A DNA stretch of 64,000 bases. It comes from Vulcanimicrobiota bacterium. GTDB lineage: Bacteria > Vulcanimicrobiota > Xenobia > Xenobiales > JADMJV01. The position numbers and the translations under genes were made by a program. Position 1 is the first letter of the stretch; each line of letters starts with the position of its first letter. Below, piece after piece: positions 32,130 through 41,023 of this stretch. The notes under the pieces are model-generated. The model did no database searches. It saw nothing but the letters and a program-made list of their open reading frames with translations, and was not told the origin of the DNA. The stretch covers positions 174,924 to 238,923 of the forward strand of contig JBFWNU010000004.1 in assembly GCA_050250895.1 (NCBI GenBank), in the 5' to 3' direction.

Positions 32130-32865
32130 AAAGTGGGTGTGGTTGATCGGTGGCTTCTTCGTGGGGGTGCCGCTACTGATTGCCGTGATGCTTTGGCTCA
32201 ACGCCCGCGAGCAAGAGAAGCTGGCCGATTATCTCGATTTGCCTCTAACCGGTCCGGTGACTGGCGAAGTCAGGGTCGAGGCCAAGCCAGCTGCTGACCA
32301 GCCCGTGATCGAGTCGCGAGACCGGCAGATGAAATGTCTGGCCTACCACCTGCGCGTGCTGGTCGTGACCGAGCGTGAGGATTCAGACGGAGACGCCCAC
32401 GAGTATCGCTCGGTGGTGTTTGAAGAGACCCAGGGGGTCGACCCTCTGGTCCTCGACTGCCACGAGAAGAAGCTCTTTCTGAGCCTCAACGACTGGACCG
32501 AACACCATCGGGCCTATCTCCGCAGCGCCGAACAAGACCCGCCCTATCTCGACACCGAGCAACTGCCCGAGCCCGACGGCGAATTCCTGCGCTACGAAAT
32601 CGAAGAATACCCTATCGCGCCCGACGAGACCCTCTTTCTGGCCGCCGAGGCCAAGCCTGGCGAGGCCGGCTTCGAGCTGCGCCCCAGCGTCAGTGCCGGG
32701 CAACTGGTGCTTTATCCCGGGGGTCAGGCGGCCTGCGTCTCGTCGTATCGCAGCCGAGCAGGCTTCAACCGGGTGGGCGCTTTCGTCCTGTTGTGCTTCT
32801 CGCTGTTAGCCTTCGTGGTGGTGGTGGTCTTAGCGCAAAAGGCCCCCCAACAAGCAGAGGACTAG
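32122..32865 (+). CDS. Membrane protein with N- and C-terminal TM helices (GIDE-like)
   Basis: Two terminal TM segments around a beta-rich loop; coupled to the upstream gene. Confidence 0.6.
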   Translation: MTKKWVWLIGGFFVGVPLLIAVMLWLNAREQEKLADYLDLPLTGPVTGEVRVEAKPAADQPVIESRDRQMKCLAYHLRVLVVTEREDSDGDAHEYRSVVFEETQGVDPLVLDCHEKKLFLSLNDWTEHHRAYLRSAEQDPPYLDTEQLPEPDGEFLRYEIEEYPIAPDETLFLAAEAKPGEAGFELRPSVSAGQLVLYPGGQAACVSSYRSRAGFNRVGAFVLLCFSLLAFVVVVVLAQKAPQQAED

Positions 32866-33521
32866 ACCCGTCCCGAGGCGTCGGGGATCGGCACGAAGTC
32901 CGTGGCGTAGCCCAGGGCGTCAGGATGGAGGATGGTCTCGACCTTGCCCGGCATGTCGTCGACCTGCTTGGTCTTGACCAGGCCCAGGCGCTCGATCCGC
33001 TCATAGTCGGCCCGTTCGAAGGCCACCGCCGTCATGGTCGGACGACCCGGGACCCGGCCGGTCTTGCGGTGGGCAAACAGCTCGGCGGTCTCGAGCGAGG
33101 CGCTGGTGAAGAGGCGGCCGTGGGGCAAGTGGTCATCGTCGAGGCGGGCCTGACCGCTCGACGAGCCGTGGTAAAAGACCTCGTGATCCTTAGCCCAGCC
33201 CTCGCCGAGCGCTCCGGTGAGGGTGTCACGGGCCATCTCGCGACAAAAGGTCGCTGGCTCTTCCATGAAAAGGGTGCCGTTGACCCCCAGCGAGAGGCCT
33301 GCTGGCAAGCTGGTCTCGGGGGCCGGACCGGCAGGCTTAGGAGGCTGAGGCTGCTCTATCCGCTCGGGCTCGGACGGTAAAACCGGTTGGCGCCACTCGA
33401 CCACGTCGTCGGGGGCGCGAGGGGGCTCGAGCTTGGGCACCTTGGCGTCAACGGGCGGCCCGGCCACGCGGGCGGGCGCCGGGCGCAACGACGAAACGGG
33501 ATTCTGGCCAGGAATCTCCAT
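32862..33521 (-). CDS. Hypothetical protein with Pro-rich N-terminus and possible ADP-ribosyltransferase-like C-domain
   Basis: VFYHGSS...GRLFTSASLETAELFA...VETIL resembles ART strand motifs; RBS GAAGGA. Confidence 0.5.
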   Translation of the reverse strand: MEIPGQNPVSSLRPAPARVAGPPVDAKVPKLEPPRAPDDVVEWRQPVLPSEPERIEQPQPPKPAGPAPETSLPAGLSLGVNGTLFMEEPATFCREMARDTLTGALGEGWAKDHEVFYHGSSSGQARLDDDHLPHGRLFTSASLETAELFAHRKTGRVPGRPTMTAVAFERADYERIERLGLVKTKQVDDMPGKVETILHPDALGYATDFVPIPDASGRV

Positions 33522-33558
33522 CCTTCATGATTCTAGCCGCGGCAGCGCCCATCCTGGT

Positions 33559-33606
33559 TAACATCCGGGCAGCGAGCTTTAACATCGGCAACAGTCTCCT
33601 AACATC
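33559..33606. promoter_or_regulatory. Three phased TAACATC direct repeats between divergent genes
   Basis: TAACATC at 33559, 33580 and 33600 (21 and 20 bp apart). Confidence 0.55.
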
Positions 33607-33669
33607 TCAGAGGCTAACTTGGGCCAGCCTGGACTGGATGCTAGCTGTAGACAGACTAAGGAGCAACCG

Positions 33670-34200
33670 ATGCACATCGCCAAGACCCCTAACTTTCACG
33701 CCGCCCCCGCCCCGCCCCGCCAGGGACCGGTCGACACCCCTCCCGCCGATTCCGGGCCTCCCCAGGAGTCGGTTATTCTCAAAGGCGCCAGGGCCGCCGC
33801 CAAGTATACGCTGGGCAGCCTCGGAGCCGTGGCTGGAGGGGCCGTTGGCGCCCTCAAAGGCGCGGTCCAGGGCGGAGCCACCGACAAACTCAGCGAGACC
33901 ACCGAATCGGGTCGCCTGACCAAACTGGCCCGGCTGGCCGGGGCGGCCGTCGGCCTCGGACTGGGCGCCGCCGCTGGTGTAGTCCTGGCCCCGGCCGGCG
34001 TGATCGGCCTGGCGGTAGCTGCCCCCATCGCCCTGGGCTTGCTGGGAGCAGGCATCGGCGGAAGCACTCCCGAGATCCTCTCGCGGGCGGCCAAATCTGG
34101 CGTCGAGGCCGGCAAAGAAGCGACGTCCGGGGCTGTGGCCGGCTGGAATCTGGCCACCTCGCCCTTTAAAGAGGACCCACCGAAGGGACAGAAGGCTTGA
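33670..34200 (+). CDS. Glycine-zipper membrane protein with Pro-rich N-terminus
   Basis: TAAGGAG RBS before ATG 33670; GxxxG arrays (GAVAGGAVGALKGAVQG, GAAVGLGLGAAAG). Confidence 0.7.
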   Translation: MHIAKTPNFHAAPAPPRQGPVDTPPADSGPPQESVILKGARAAAKYTLGSLGAVAGGAVGALKGAVQGGATDKLSETTESGRLTKLARLAGAAVGLGLGAAAGVVLAPAGVIGLAVAAPIALGLLGAGIGGSTPEILSRAAKSGVEAGKEATSGAVAGWNLATSPFKEDPPKGQKA

Positions 34201-34228
34201 ACCACCGGGTCTTCGAAAGAAGACCCTG

Positions 34229-34891
34229 GTGCGAGAAACCCTTGAAGACCGCCAGTTCAAGCAAGTCGTGCTGGAGCATTCCCGCTGGTTGACAAGCCAG
34301 GGTCACCAGGGGCGTCGAGCCCAGCTGGCTCCCTTCTTTGCCTACGCGCCCCAACTGCTGGCCATCGAGATTGCCGAAATGGAACTGGTCGACAGCCGCC
34401 TGCCACTGGCCGATCTTCGCTATGCTCGCGTCATCGACTCGCAGCTGATCGGGGTCGACCTTTTCCGTTGCCAGGCCTATCAATCTTGCTTTAGTCGCTC
34501 GAACCTGACCCGAGCCAGGCTCGAAGGAGCTAACCTGACCGAGACCATCGCCCGCCGCACCGTCTTCGACCAGGCCAATCTGGTCCGGGCGGTGCTCAGC
34601 CGGGCCGACCTGTTGCAGGCCAGTCTGCGAGGGGCCGAGTTGCGCGACGCCTTTCTGGCCGGGGCCAACCTGAGCCAGTGCGACTTCAGCCAGGCTGACT
34701 TGCGAGGGGCTGACTTTACTGGCGCCAACCTGCAACAGGCCGATCTGACCGGGGCCGATCTGCGCGGGGCGATTCTATGGGACGCCGAGCTAAGAGGGGC
34801 GAGCCTGCGAAAAGCCGACCTCCGCGGTACCCACGTAGCCAAGCGTCAGCTAGAAGACGTAGCCACTCTGCAGGCGGCCCGATTCGAATGA
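34229..34891 (+). CDS. Pentapeptide repeat protein
   Basis: Tandem A[DN]Lxx repeats. Confidence 0.9.
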   Translation: MRETLEDRQFKQVVLEHSRWLTSQGHQGRRAQLAPFFAYAPQLLAIEIAEMELVDSRLPLADLRYARVIDSQLIGVDLFRCQAYQSCFSRSNLTRARLEGANLTETIARRTVFDQANLVRAVLSRADLLQASLRGAELRDAFLAGANLSQCDFSQADLRGADFTGANLQQADLTGADLRGAILWDAELRGASLRKADLRGTHVAKRQLEDVATLQAARFE

Positions 34892-35685
34892 AACCAAGCT
34901 TCCTCTACGGTACCGCCTGGAAAGAAGAGGCCACCTGCGAGCTGGTGCTCCAGGCTCTTGAGGCCGGCTTTCGAGCCATCGATACAGCCAACCAGCGCAA
35001 GCACTATCACGAGGCCGCCGTGGGTCAAGCCCTGGCCCAGGCCGGCCTGGCCCGCGACGAGCTGTTTCTCCAGACCAAGTTCACCCACCAACGCGGCCAG
35101 GATCACCGCCTGCCCTATGACCCCGGAGCCCCCATCGCCACCCAGGTTCGCCAGTCTTTTGAAAGCTCGCTTGAGCATCTGGGGGTCGAGCGCATCGACT
35201 CTTACCTCTTGCACGGGCCCACCTATCGGGAAGGTCTGGCCGCGCAGGATATCGAGGCGTGGGAAGCCATGCAACAGCTGCTTTCCGAAGGACGGGTGAG
35301 CTGCCTGGGGGTGAGCAACGTCAGCCCTGCGCAACTCGACGAGTTCTGCCGGCGAGGACCGGTCACCTATGTCCAAAATCGTTGCTTCGCCGTTTTGGGA
35401 TGGGACCGCGAGACCCGCCGGGTGGCCGCTCACCACCAGGTCACCTATCAGGGCTTTTCGCTCCTGACCGCCAACCCTCGAGAACTGGCCAGTCGACCCT
35501 TCGAACAGTTGCTAGACGAAACGGACCTGACCGCCGCGCAGCTGGTCTTTCGCTTCGCCCTCGAACTGGGAATGGTCCCCCTGACCGGCACCACCGACCC
35601 CGACCACATGGCCGAGGATCTGGCCGCCCTGTCCTTTTCGCTCTCGGCTGACCAGGTTCAGCGCCTGGAACGGATTTCGGGGTAA
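34888..35685 (+). CDS. Aldo/keto reductase
   Basis: YGTAWKE, GFRAIDTANQRKHYHE, LFLQTKF, DSYLLHGP, LGVSNV. Start ATG 34888 overlaps the upstream stop. Confidence 0.9.
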   Translation: MKPSFLYGTAWKEEATCELVLQALEAGFRAIDTANQRKHYHEAAVGQALAQAGLARDELFLQTKFTHQRGQDHRLPYDPGAPIATQVRQSFESSLEHLGVERIDSYLLHGPTYREGLAAQDIEAWEAMQQLLSEGRVSCLGVSNVSPAQLDEFCRRGPVTYVQNRCFAVLGWDRETRRVAAHHQVTYQGFSLLTANPRELASRPFEQLLDETDLTAAQLVFRFALELGMVPLTGTTDPDHMAEDLAALSFSLSADQVQRLERISG

Positions 35686-35791
35686 CAAAAGTCACCGACA
35701 CCTCCTCGGGTCTGGTCTAGACTGAGAAGGTGCCGATGATGGAATGGATCAAGCGCCTGAGCCAGGCCCTCGATGATTGGATTTTCGAGCC

Positions 35792-36964
35792 CTATTTGCC
35801 GGCCGGCTTAGCCGTGGCCGGACCCAAATACTCGACCTCGAAGAACAGCGTCGAGTAAGGCGGGATGGTGGGCGGACGCCCGTTGGGACCGTAGGCCAGG
35901 TTATAAGGAATGGTCAGATGCCGAATCTCGCCGGGCTTCATGCCGACCACACCTTCATCCCAACCCTTGATCACGCTACCCTGGCCCAACACGAACTCGA
36001 AGGGCTCGCGCTTGCGGCTCGAGTCGAACTGCTGCTTACCGTCAAACCCGTCGAGCCAGCCCGAGTAGTGGACCCGGACCTTCTCGCCCGTCTTGGCCGG
36101 CTCGCCCGAGCCTTCTTTGATGGTCTTGCTTTCGAGCTTGCCCTCTTCGACTTTGCCCAGCATCTCGATCTGGAAGTAAAGGGTCGAATAGGGAGGGATC
36201 TTATTGTGCTCTTCGCCGCCATAGGCCAGGAAGTGAGGCACGGTAATGCGCTTGACTTCACCCTTTTTCATGCCTTCGATGGCCATCTCCCAGCCCGGAA
36301 TCACCTGATTTCCACCGACGGTCATCACGAAAGGAGCCCGACCTTTGCTCGAGTCGAACTCTTTGCCGCTCTCGAACTTGTCGAGCCAGCCGGTGTACTC
36401 GACCTTGACCACATCGCCTTTGGTGGCCGACCAATCGCCGCTGCCTTTCTTGACGATCTCTTGCTTGAGCGGCTGGGGCTCGAACACTTTCTCGACTTTG
36501 GCCTCCATATAGAAAGGCTGGTTGGGCTTGAGGGGAGCGCCGGCGGGAATGGTCCCGAACAGGTCCTTGGCGGTCATCGAGCCACGTCGGACCCCGCCCT
36601 CCTTCATCCCTTCGCACAGGCGGGCGATTCCCGGGAGCGGAGTTTGGGCCGGCGCCACCACGAGTTTGAGCTCGCCTTTGCCCCAGGGCGTGCCTTCGTA
36701 GCGGTCGCCCCAGACCTTGATCGAAGCCTCGAAGGCCCCTTCTTTGTCGACAGCTTTACCCTCGCCCTTTTTCACGTCCTCGGACGAGAACTCGATACCC
36801 GGGCCGTCGGCCGCTGCCCCGGGCGTGGCCGCTCCGGGGGTCGGAGTGACCGCCGGGTCCGTGCCCGAGGCCGACTCGCCGTTGCAGCCCGCCATCACCA
36901 GCAGGGCCACCAGAAAGGCCCCCAGCCAGAGGGGGGCTCGCTCGCGTAGAAACATAGAAAACAT
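35792..36964 (-). CDS. FKBP-type peptidyl-prolyl isomerase lipoprotein (two intact and one degenerate FKBP domain)
   Basis: Lipobox MAGC; VEYTGWL...FDSS...VIPGWE...LAYG...IPPYSTL.F.[IV]E occurs twice. Confidence 0.93.
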   Translation of the reverse strand: MFSMFLRERAPLWLGAFLVALLVMAGCNGESASGTDPAVTPTPGAATPGAAADGPGIEFSSEDVKKGEGKAVDKEGAFEASIKVWGDRYEGTPWGKGELKLVVAPAQTPLPGIARLCEGMKEGGVRRGSMTAKDLFGTIPAGAPLKPNQPFYMEAKVEKVFEPQPLKQEIVKKGSGDWSATKGDVVKVEYTGWLDKFESGKEFDSSKGRAPFVMTVGGNQVIPGWEMAIEGMKKGEVKRITVPHFLAYGGEEHNKIPPYSTLYFQIEMLGKVEEGKLESKTIKEGSGEPAKTGEKVRVHYSGWLDGFDGKQQFDSSRKREPFEFVLGQGSVIKGWDEGVVGMKPGEIRHLTIPYNLAYGPNGRPPTIPPYSTLFFEVEYLGPATAKPAGK

Positions 36965-37059
36965 CCTTACTTCCAGGTGGCCGCCTCTTTGACGTAGCCG
37001 GCCGATGTCCTACGGGGCTGGTCTGCAGGAAGAGCAGTTCCTGAGGCCAATCCCTGGCG

Positions 37060-37899
37060 ATGACTCTGTCGCCCGGCTATCGCAGTGACCCCATCCGGCA
37101 AACCACTGTCAGGGTTGCCACCTGGAATCTTTGGTGGCGCTTCGGAGACCGCTTCAAAGAGCGACAGAACGCCATCCTACGGGTCTTAAAGCGCGTCGAC
37201 CCCGACCTGGTTTCGCTCCAGGAAGTATGGGAGAGTGAAAAAGCCTGCCAGGCCGAGCTGTTGGCTCGCTCTCTCGGCTACCACTGGCGCTACGCCGCGG
37301 CCTCGTCGATCGGCGGCGTCGGCTTCGGCAATGCCATCCTGAGTCGCTGGCCCATCACCGCCTGGGAGCGCCACCTTCTGCCCTCGCAACCCAGCCGAGA
37401 CGGGGGTCGCAACTGCGGCTACGTCACGGCCGAGGTCGACGGCCCGCGCGGCCCCCTGCGCCTCTACAGCACCCACCTGAGCTACAAACCCGAAGAGAGC
37501 GACATCCGCCAGCTTCAGGTGACCCATCTCTGCCGCGATCTGGCCTCGCGTCCCCCGTTGGCTATGCCACCGATCCTGGCCGGCGACTTCAATGCCGTGC
37601 CCGAGTCTGACGAAGTCCGCATGCTAACCGGCAAACGCGCCGTGCCGGTGCCCGGCCACGCCTACTATGACGCCTGGGAAGTCGTCTGCCCCACCGACCC
37701 CGGCTTCACCTGGGAACGCACCAACCCTTACACGCACGCGGCTCTCGAGCCCGACCGGCGGCTCGACTACGTGTTTTGCGGCCGCCCTCGCCCCGACGGA
37801 GCCGGACACGCACTGAGCGCCGTCCGCTTCGGGCTCGAACCGGTAGGCGACGTCTACCCCTCCGACCACTACGGCGTGCTGGTCGAACTTCGCTACTGA
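37060..37899 (+). CDS. Endonuclease/exonuclease/phosphatase family protein
   Basis: ATWNL, LQEV, GNAILSRWP, STHL, LAGDFN, RLDYVF, SDHYGV. Confidence 0.92.
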   Translation: MTLSPGYRSDPIRQTTVRVATWNLWWRFGDRFKERQNAILRVLKRVDPDLVSLQEVWESEKACQAELLARSLGYHWRYAAASSIGGVGFGNAILSRWPITAWERHLLPSQPSRDGGRNCGYVTAEVDGPRGPLRLYSTHLSYKPEESDIRQLQVTHLCRDLASRPPLAMPPILAGDFNAVPESDEVRMLTGKRAVPVPGHAYYDAWEVVCPTDPGFTWERTNPYTHAALEPDRRLDYVFCGRPRPDGAGHALSAVRFGLEPVGDVYPSDHYGVLVELRY

Positions 37900-40232
37900 G
37901 ACCGACGCAGGTTGTCGAGGGGCATCATCCGGGCCGTCTCTCGCGCCTCGAGGTTGAGCCCACCCTGGTCCGGAACCGAGCCCTTCATTTGAAAGGTGAG
38001 GTTCCCGCCGGCCTCGACCACCATCGCCGGCAACAGGTGGGTGGCCACAGGATTCTGATAGACCCCGTCGGCCGACCTCGGCATCAAAGAGAAGCGCACG
38101 TTCGATAGCCGCAACGAGACCTCGTTGTCGTTGTGAAGAACGATCTTGACCGTGTCGTTCCCGAGCGAGCGACATTCGACCAATCGCAACCGAGTCAGAT
38201 CGGTCAGGGGAAGCACCTGAACGGAAATCGACTGGCCGCTGGACAACTCCAAGAGGTAGTTGCCCGGATAGACCGGAGCACTTAGAATCAAGCCATCGCG
38301 GCGAGACTGATAGATCCAGTCAGAACTCCAGGAAAGGTTAGGGTCGGTGCGCTTCCACCGTAGGCGAAGCACGCCCTCGAAGTCGGGGCACCAGCTGTCT
38401 AGAAGCTTGACCGTATTCGGATAGACACGGAGCTGATCGGGGGGCGAGCCGATCGGACCCACGCTGGGGGTCTGAGGGTCGGCCACCGAGACCTTCCAGA
38501 GGCTCGCCTCTCCCTGCTCGCTCACTTTCTGGGCACAGTTGGAGAAATCGGCAGACCGGTTCGTCAGCAGCCAGGTGACCCCGGTCTCGGCCACGGCGGC
38601 CGGATCTTTCAAGACCCAGAACGCGTGCGCGTTGAGAGTCGGCCGGAACGGAGGTCGGCCCACGAAATCACCGATGAGAGGAAAGGCACGCCCGGTCATC
38701 TTGCGCCCCGACAGACCCACCACGGCCGCGTCCCCCTCCATGGAATCGTCATCCTCCTGGTCAGGCATGGTATCGCGCCAGACCAGATCGCCGGCCGCCG
38801 AGAGGCGACGCAGCTCGCTGCAGAGTTCGAATTCGCCGGGTCGCAGACGCAACTGAGATTGGTGGCGAGCACACCAGCGGGCCGGCGACGGCCAGTCGAG
38901 CTTCCAGTCGATATGGCCCAGGCGATAGAACCCGGGCCAGCAACAGATCAGGACCAGCACCCACCCCCAGCGGTAACGGGCCAGGACCCTGCCCAGACAA
39001 GCTCCGAAACCCAGACCCGCGGCCAGTTCCCAACGATAGTATTCTCCTTCGTAGACGGGGCCAAAGTCGACCAGAGCCGGGGTCAGATAGGCCAGCAAGC
39101 CCAGACACCACCACCTTCGGTCCTCACGTTCGCCCAGATAGAAGGTGAGCGGAGCGAGCCACAGCGGAAACCAATGCAAGCAGAGCACCGACCATGAAAA
39201 GACCGACGCGTAGAAGCGCGGTCGATTGTCGTTGTTAAATCCGAGTTGGGGAATACTGGTCAACCCCAACGAGACTCTCCAGTATGCCCAGGGCTGCAAA
39301 TGGATGCGGAGGAACTGCTGTTTAGGAAATCGGACCGAAAACTGCTGCTGCTGCGAGGCTTGCTCGGGGGCCAGCGAGGTTTTGCGCGAGACCAGTTGAC
39401 GGAGCGGTCCGCCCTGCAGGGGCAAGAGCACCACCAGGATGAGTAGCCCCGTCGCCACTTTGCGATCGAGCTTGGCTCCCCACAGCCAGACCGGAACGAG
39501 CAGGCAAACGTAGAGTGGAAAAACCAGGCCCAAGGCCAACAGACACCAGATGGCCCGGGCCGATCTCCTCTCGAGCCAATACCAGCTGACCAGCAGCAAC
39601 AAATGGGCCAGCGAGGCGTGATGAAAGAAGTGGTCTAGCAAGCCGCTCCATCCTCCCACCCCCAGGCCCAGAAAGAGCAAGCTGGTCGTGAGCATTCCGG
39701 CCCGCGGCGACTCTTTCGAGAAGACCAGATACGACTGCCACACCGTCAGCACCTGAAAAGCCACGTTGCTCATCATGCCGGCCGTCAAGACCGGTAAGCC
39801 GGTGGCCCTGGCCAGGGCCGCGACCACCAGATTGCGTCCGTACTGTCCCCCCAGGGGCACGTCGACAAAAAACGGATGCGACGCCGGCAGGCCATTCTCG
39901 TAGAGGAGTGACTGCTGGGGGAAGTCTAGCCAGAAGTCGTAGGGAACGCGCTGCCAATACCAGGAAAGGGCATAGGCGCCGGCCAGCAACGAGCCGGCTC
40001 CCAAAAAGCAAAGTTCTTGCCAGGCGAATTCGCGCTCGTCCCCCACCGGCCAGCCTGCGGCCAACACCAGGGCCACCCCGGCCACCACTAGCGCCGCCGC
40101 CCAGTTGCTGACCGAAAGCACGGCGTTAAGGCTGACCGCCACCGCGGCCAGGCCTACCCCGAGTCGGGGCACCAGCTGAGGAGAGCGCACCAGCAAGCGG
40201 CGCGCCGTGGCCAGAAACCTCCTTGTCACCAA
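37893..40232 (-). CDS. Polytopic membrane protein, GT-C-like glycosyltransferase (paralog A)
   Basis: Many TM helices; first loop YDFWLDFP...GLPASHPFF...GGQYGRNL; C-terminal soluble domain (GLSGRK, GVTWLL); alignable with 41024..43294. Confidence 0.6.
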   Translation of the reverse strand: MVTRRFLATARRLLVRSPQLVPRLGVGLAAVAVSLNAVLSVSNWAAALVVAGVALVLAAGWPVGDEREFAWQELCFLGAGSLLAGAYALSWYWQRVPYDFWLDFPQQSLLYENGLPASHPFFVDVPLGGQYGRNLVVAALARATGLPVLTAGMMSNVAFQVLTVWQSYLVFSKESPRAGMLTTSLLFLGLGVGGWSGLLDHFFHHASLAHLLLLVSWYWLERRSARAIWCLLALGLVFPLYVCLLVPVWLWGAKLDRKVATGLLILVVLLPLQGGPLRQLVSRKTSLAPEQASQQQQFSVRFPKQQFLRIHLQPWAYWRVSLGLTSIPQLGFNNDNRPRFYASVFSWSVLCLHWFPLWLAPLTFYLGEREDRRWWCLGLLAYLTPALVDFGPVYEGEYYRWELAAGLGFGACLGRVLARYRWGWVLVLICCWPGFYRLGHIDWKLDWPSPARWCARHQSQLRLRPGEFELCSELRRLSAAGDLVWRDTMPDQEDDDSMEGDAAVVGLSGRKMTGRAFPLIGDFVGRPPFRPTLNAHAFWVLKDPAAVAETGVTWLLTNRSADFSNCAQKVSEQGEASLWKVSVADPQTPSVGPIGSPPDQLRVYPNTVKLLDSWCPDFEGVLRLRWKRTDPNLSWSSDWIYQSRRDGLILSAPVYPGNYLLELSSGQSISVQVLPLTDLTRLRLVECRSLGNDTVKIVLHNDNEVSLRLSNVRFSLMPRSADGVYQNPVATHLLPAMVVEAGGNLTFQMKGSVPDQGGLNLEARETARMMPLDNLRRSQ

Positions 40233-40251
40233 AACCCTTCCCTAAAACACG

Positions 40252-40281
40252 AAAGACTTGTGGCCTGGCCACAAGTCTTTT
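40252..40281 (-). terminator. Perfect hairpin terminator after the GGY lipoprotein gene (probably bidirectional)
   Basis: AAAGACTTGTGGC-ctg-GCCACAAGTCTTT. Confidence 0.8.
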
Positions 40282-40306
40282 GATCGAGCTTACCGACTAG
40301 TTCGTG

Positions 40307-40885
40307 TTATGGCTGCTGGTAGGGGCCGTAGCCGCCATAACCGCCATAGCCTCCATAACCACCGTAGCCGCCATAGCCGCCGTAGCCACCATAACCACCA
40401 TAGCCGCCGTTGTTGGGCGGGGCGGGAGTGAAGGTGCCAGTGTAGACTTGCAGCGTCACGGCCGTGCCGGTTCCGACGGTGTTTGTCCCGATGCTGTTGA
40501 TGGCGACGTTGGGCACGAACACCTGTCCCGACGGAGCACCGTTATTGAAGGCAGACACTACGATGTCGTAACTCCCGAGGGGAATCCCGGTCACCACCAG
40601 GGTCTGGAGATTCTGCGTCAGGTCGGCCGCAAAATAGAACGACCCTCCCCCGACCAGAGTGTTGGTCCCCGGCAGCAGGATGCTGACCGCATAGGTATCG
40701 GCAGCGGCGAAGCCCTGCTGGACCGTCTGCGCGAAGACGTTGTTGCGCTGGAAGGCTACTTGCAGATTGCCGGTCGTGGCTGTGCTGCCGCTGACTTCAG
40801 GGTCGTTGCTATCTTCACAGCCTGCCAAAGCCAAAAGCATCAGGGCAATCAGGGCACCTGCAAGGCCCAGGTGTAATCTCTTCAT
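40307..40885 (-). CDS. Lipoprotein with beta-sandwich-like domain and C-terminal (Gly-Gly-Tyr)9-GPY tail
   Basis: GGAGG RBS before ATG 40885; lipobox LAGC; ends PPNN(GGY)9GPYQQP; has its own terminator. Confidence 0.85.
   Translation of the reverse strand: MKRLHLGLAGALIALMLLALAGCEDSNDPEVSGSTATTGNLQVAFQRNNVFAQTVQQGFAAADTYAVSILLPGTNTLVGGGSFYFAADLTQNLQTLVVTGIPLGSYDIVVSAFNNGAPSGQVFVPNVAINSIGTNTVGTGTAVTLQVYTGTFTPAPPNNGGYGGYGGYGGYGGYGGYGGYGGYGGYGPYQQP
40328..40408 (-). repeat. Coding tandem repeat, 9 x 9 nt, encoding (GGY)9
   Basis: Units differ only at synonymous third positions (GGC/GGT/GGA, TAC/TAT). Confidence 0.95.
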
Positions 40886-40913
40886 GAAACCTCCGGATCG
40901 GTAGTCGCGATCG

Positions 40914-40939
40914 CTTCGCAATGAGTCAACTTTCATCCT
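40914..40939 (-). promoter_or_regulatory. SigmaH-like promoter AGGA-N18-GAAG for the GGY lipoprotein gene
   Basis: Minus strand aAGGAtgaaagttgactcattgcGAAG, 28 nt upstream of the ATG; the same spacing recurs at several other gene starts. Confidence 0.5.
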
Positions 40940-41023
40940 TCCAAGAATTCCCATAGTAGGTGCAGGTCTTGGGAAGGAATCGAACAATGTTGCCTCGATG
41001 ACCGAGAGGCCCTCAAGCAAGCG

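Noticed and set aside
35777-36949. 390-aa plus-strand ORF, and similar long ORFs such as 20581..21651, 3209..4213, 24905..25852 and 41593..43026
   Set aside because: Antisense or alternate-frame shadows of well-supported genes, expected in high-GC DNA; no motifs.
40328-40408. Tandem repeat considered as a CRISPR array or non-coding microsatellite
   Set aside because: 9-nt period with no spacers, in frame within a lipoprotein CDS, variation only synonymous; no cas genes in the window.
40936-40978. Imperfect inverted repeat TCCTTCCAAGA / TCTTGGGAAGGA
   Set aside because: Largely explained by two divergent AGGA promoter boxes; no independent evidence for an operator or RNA.
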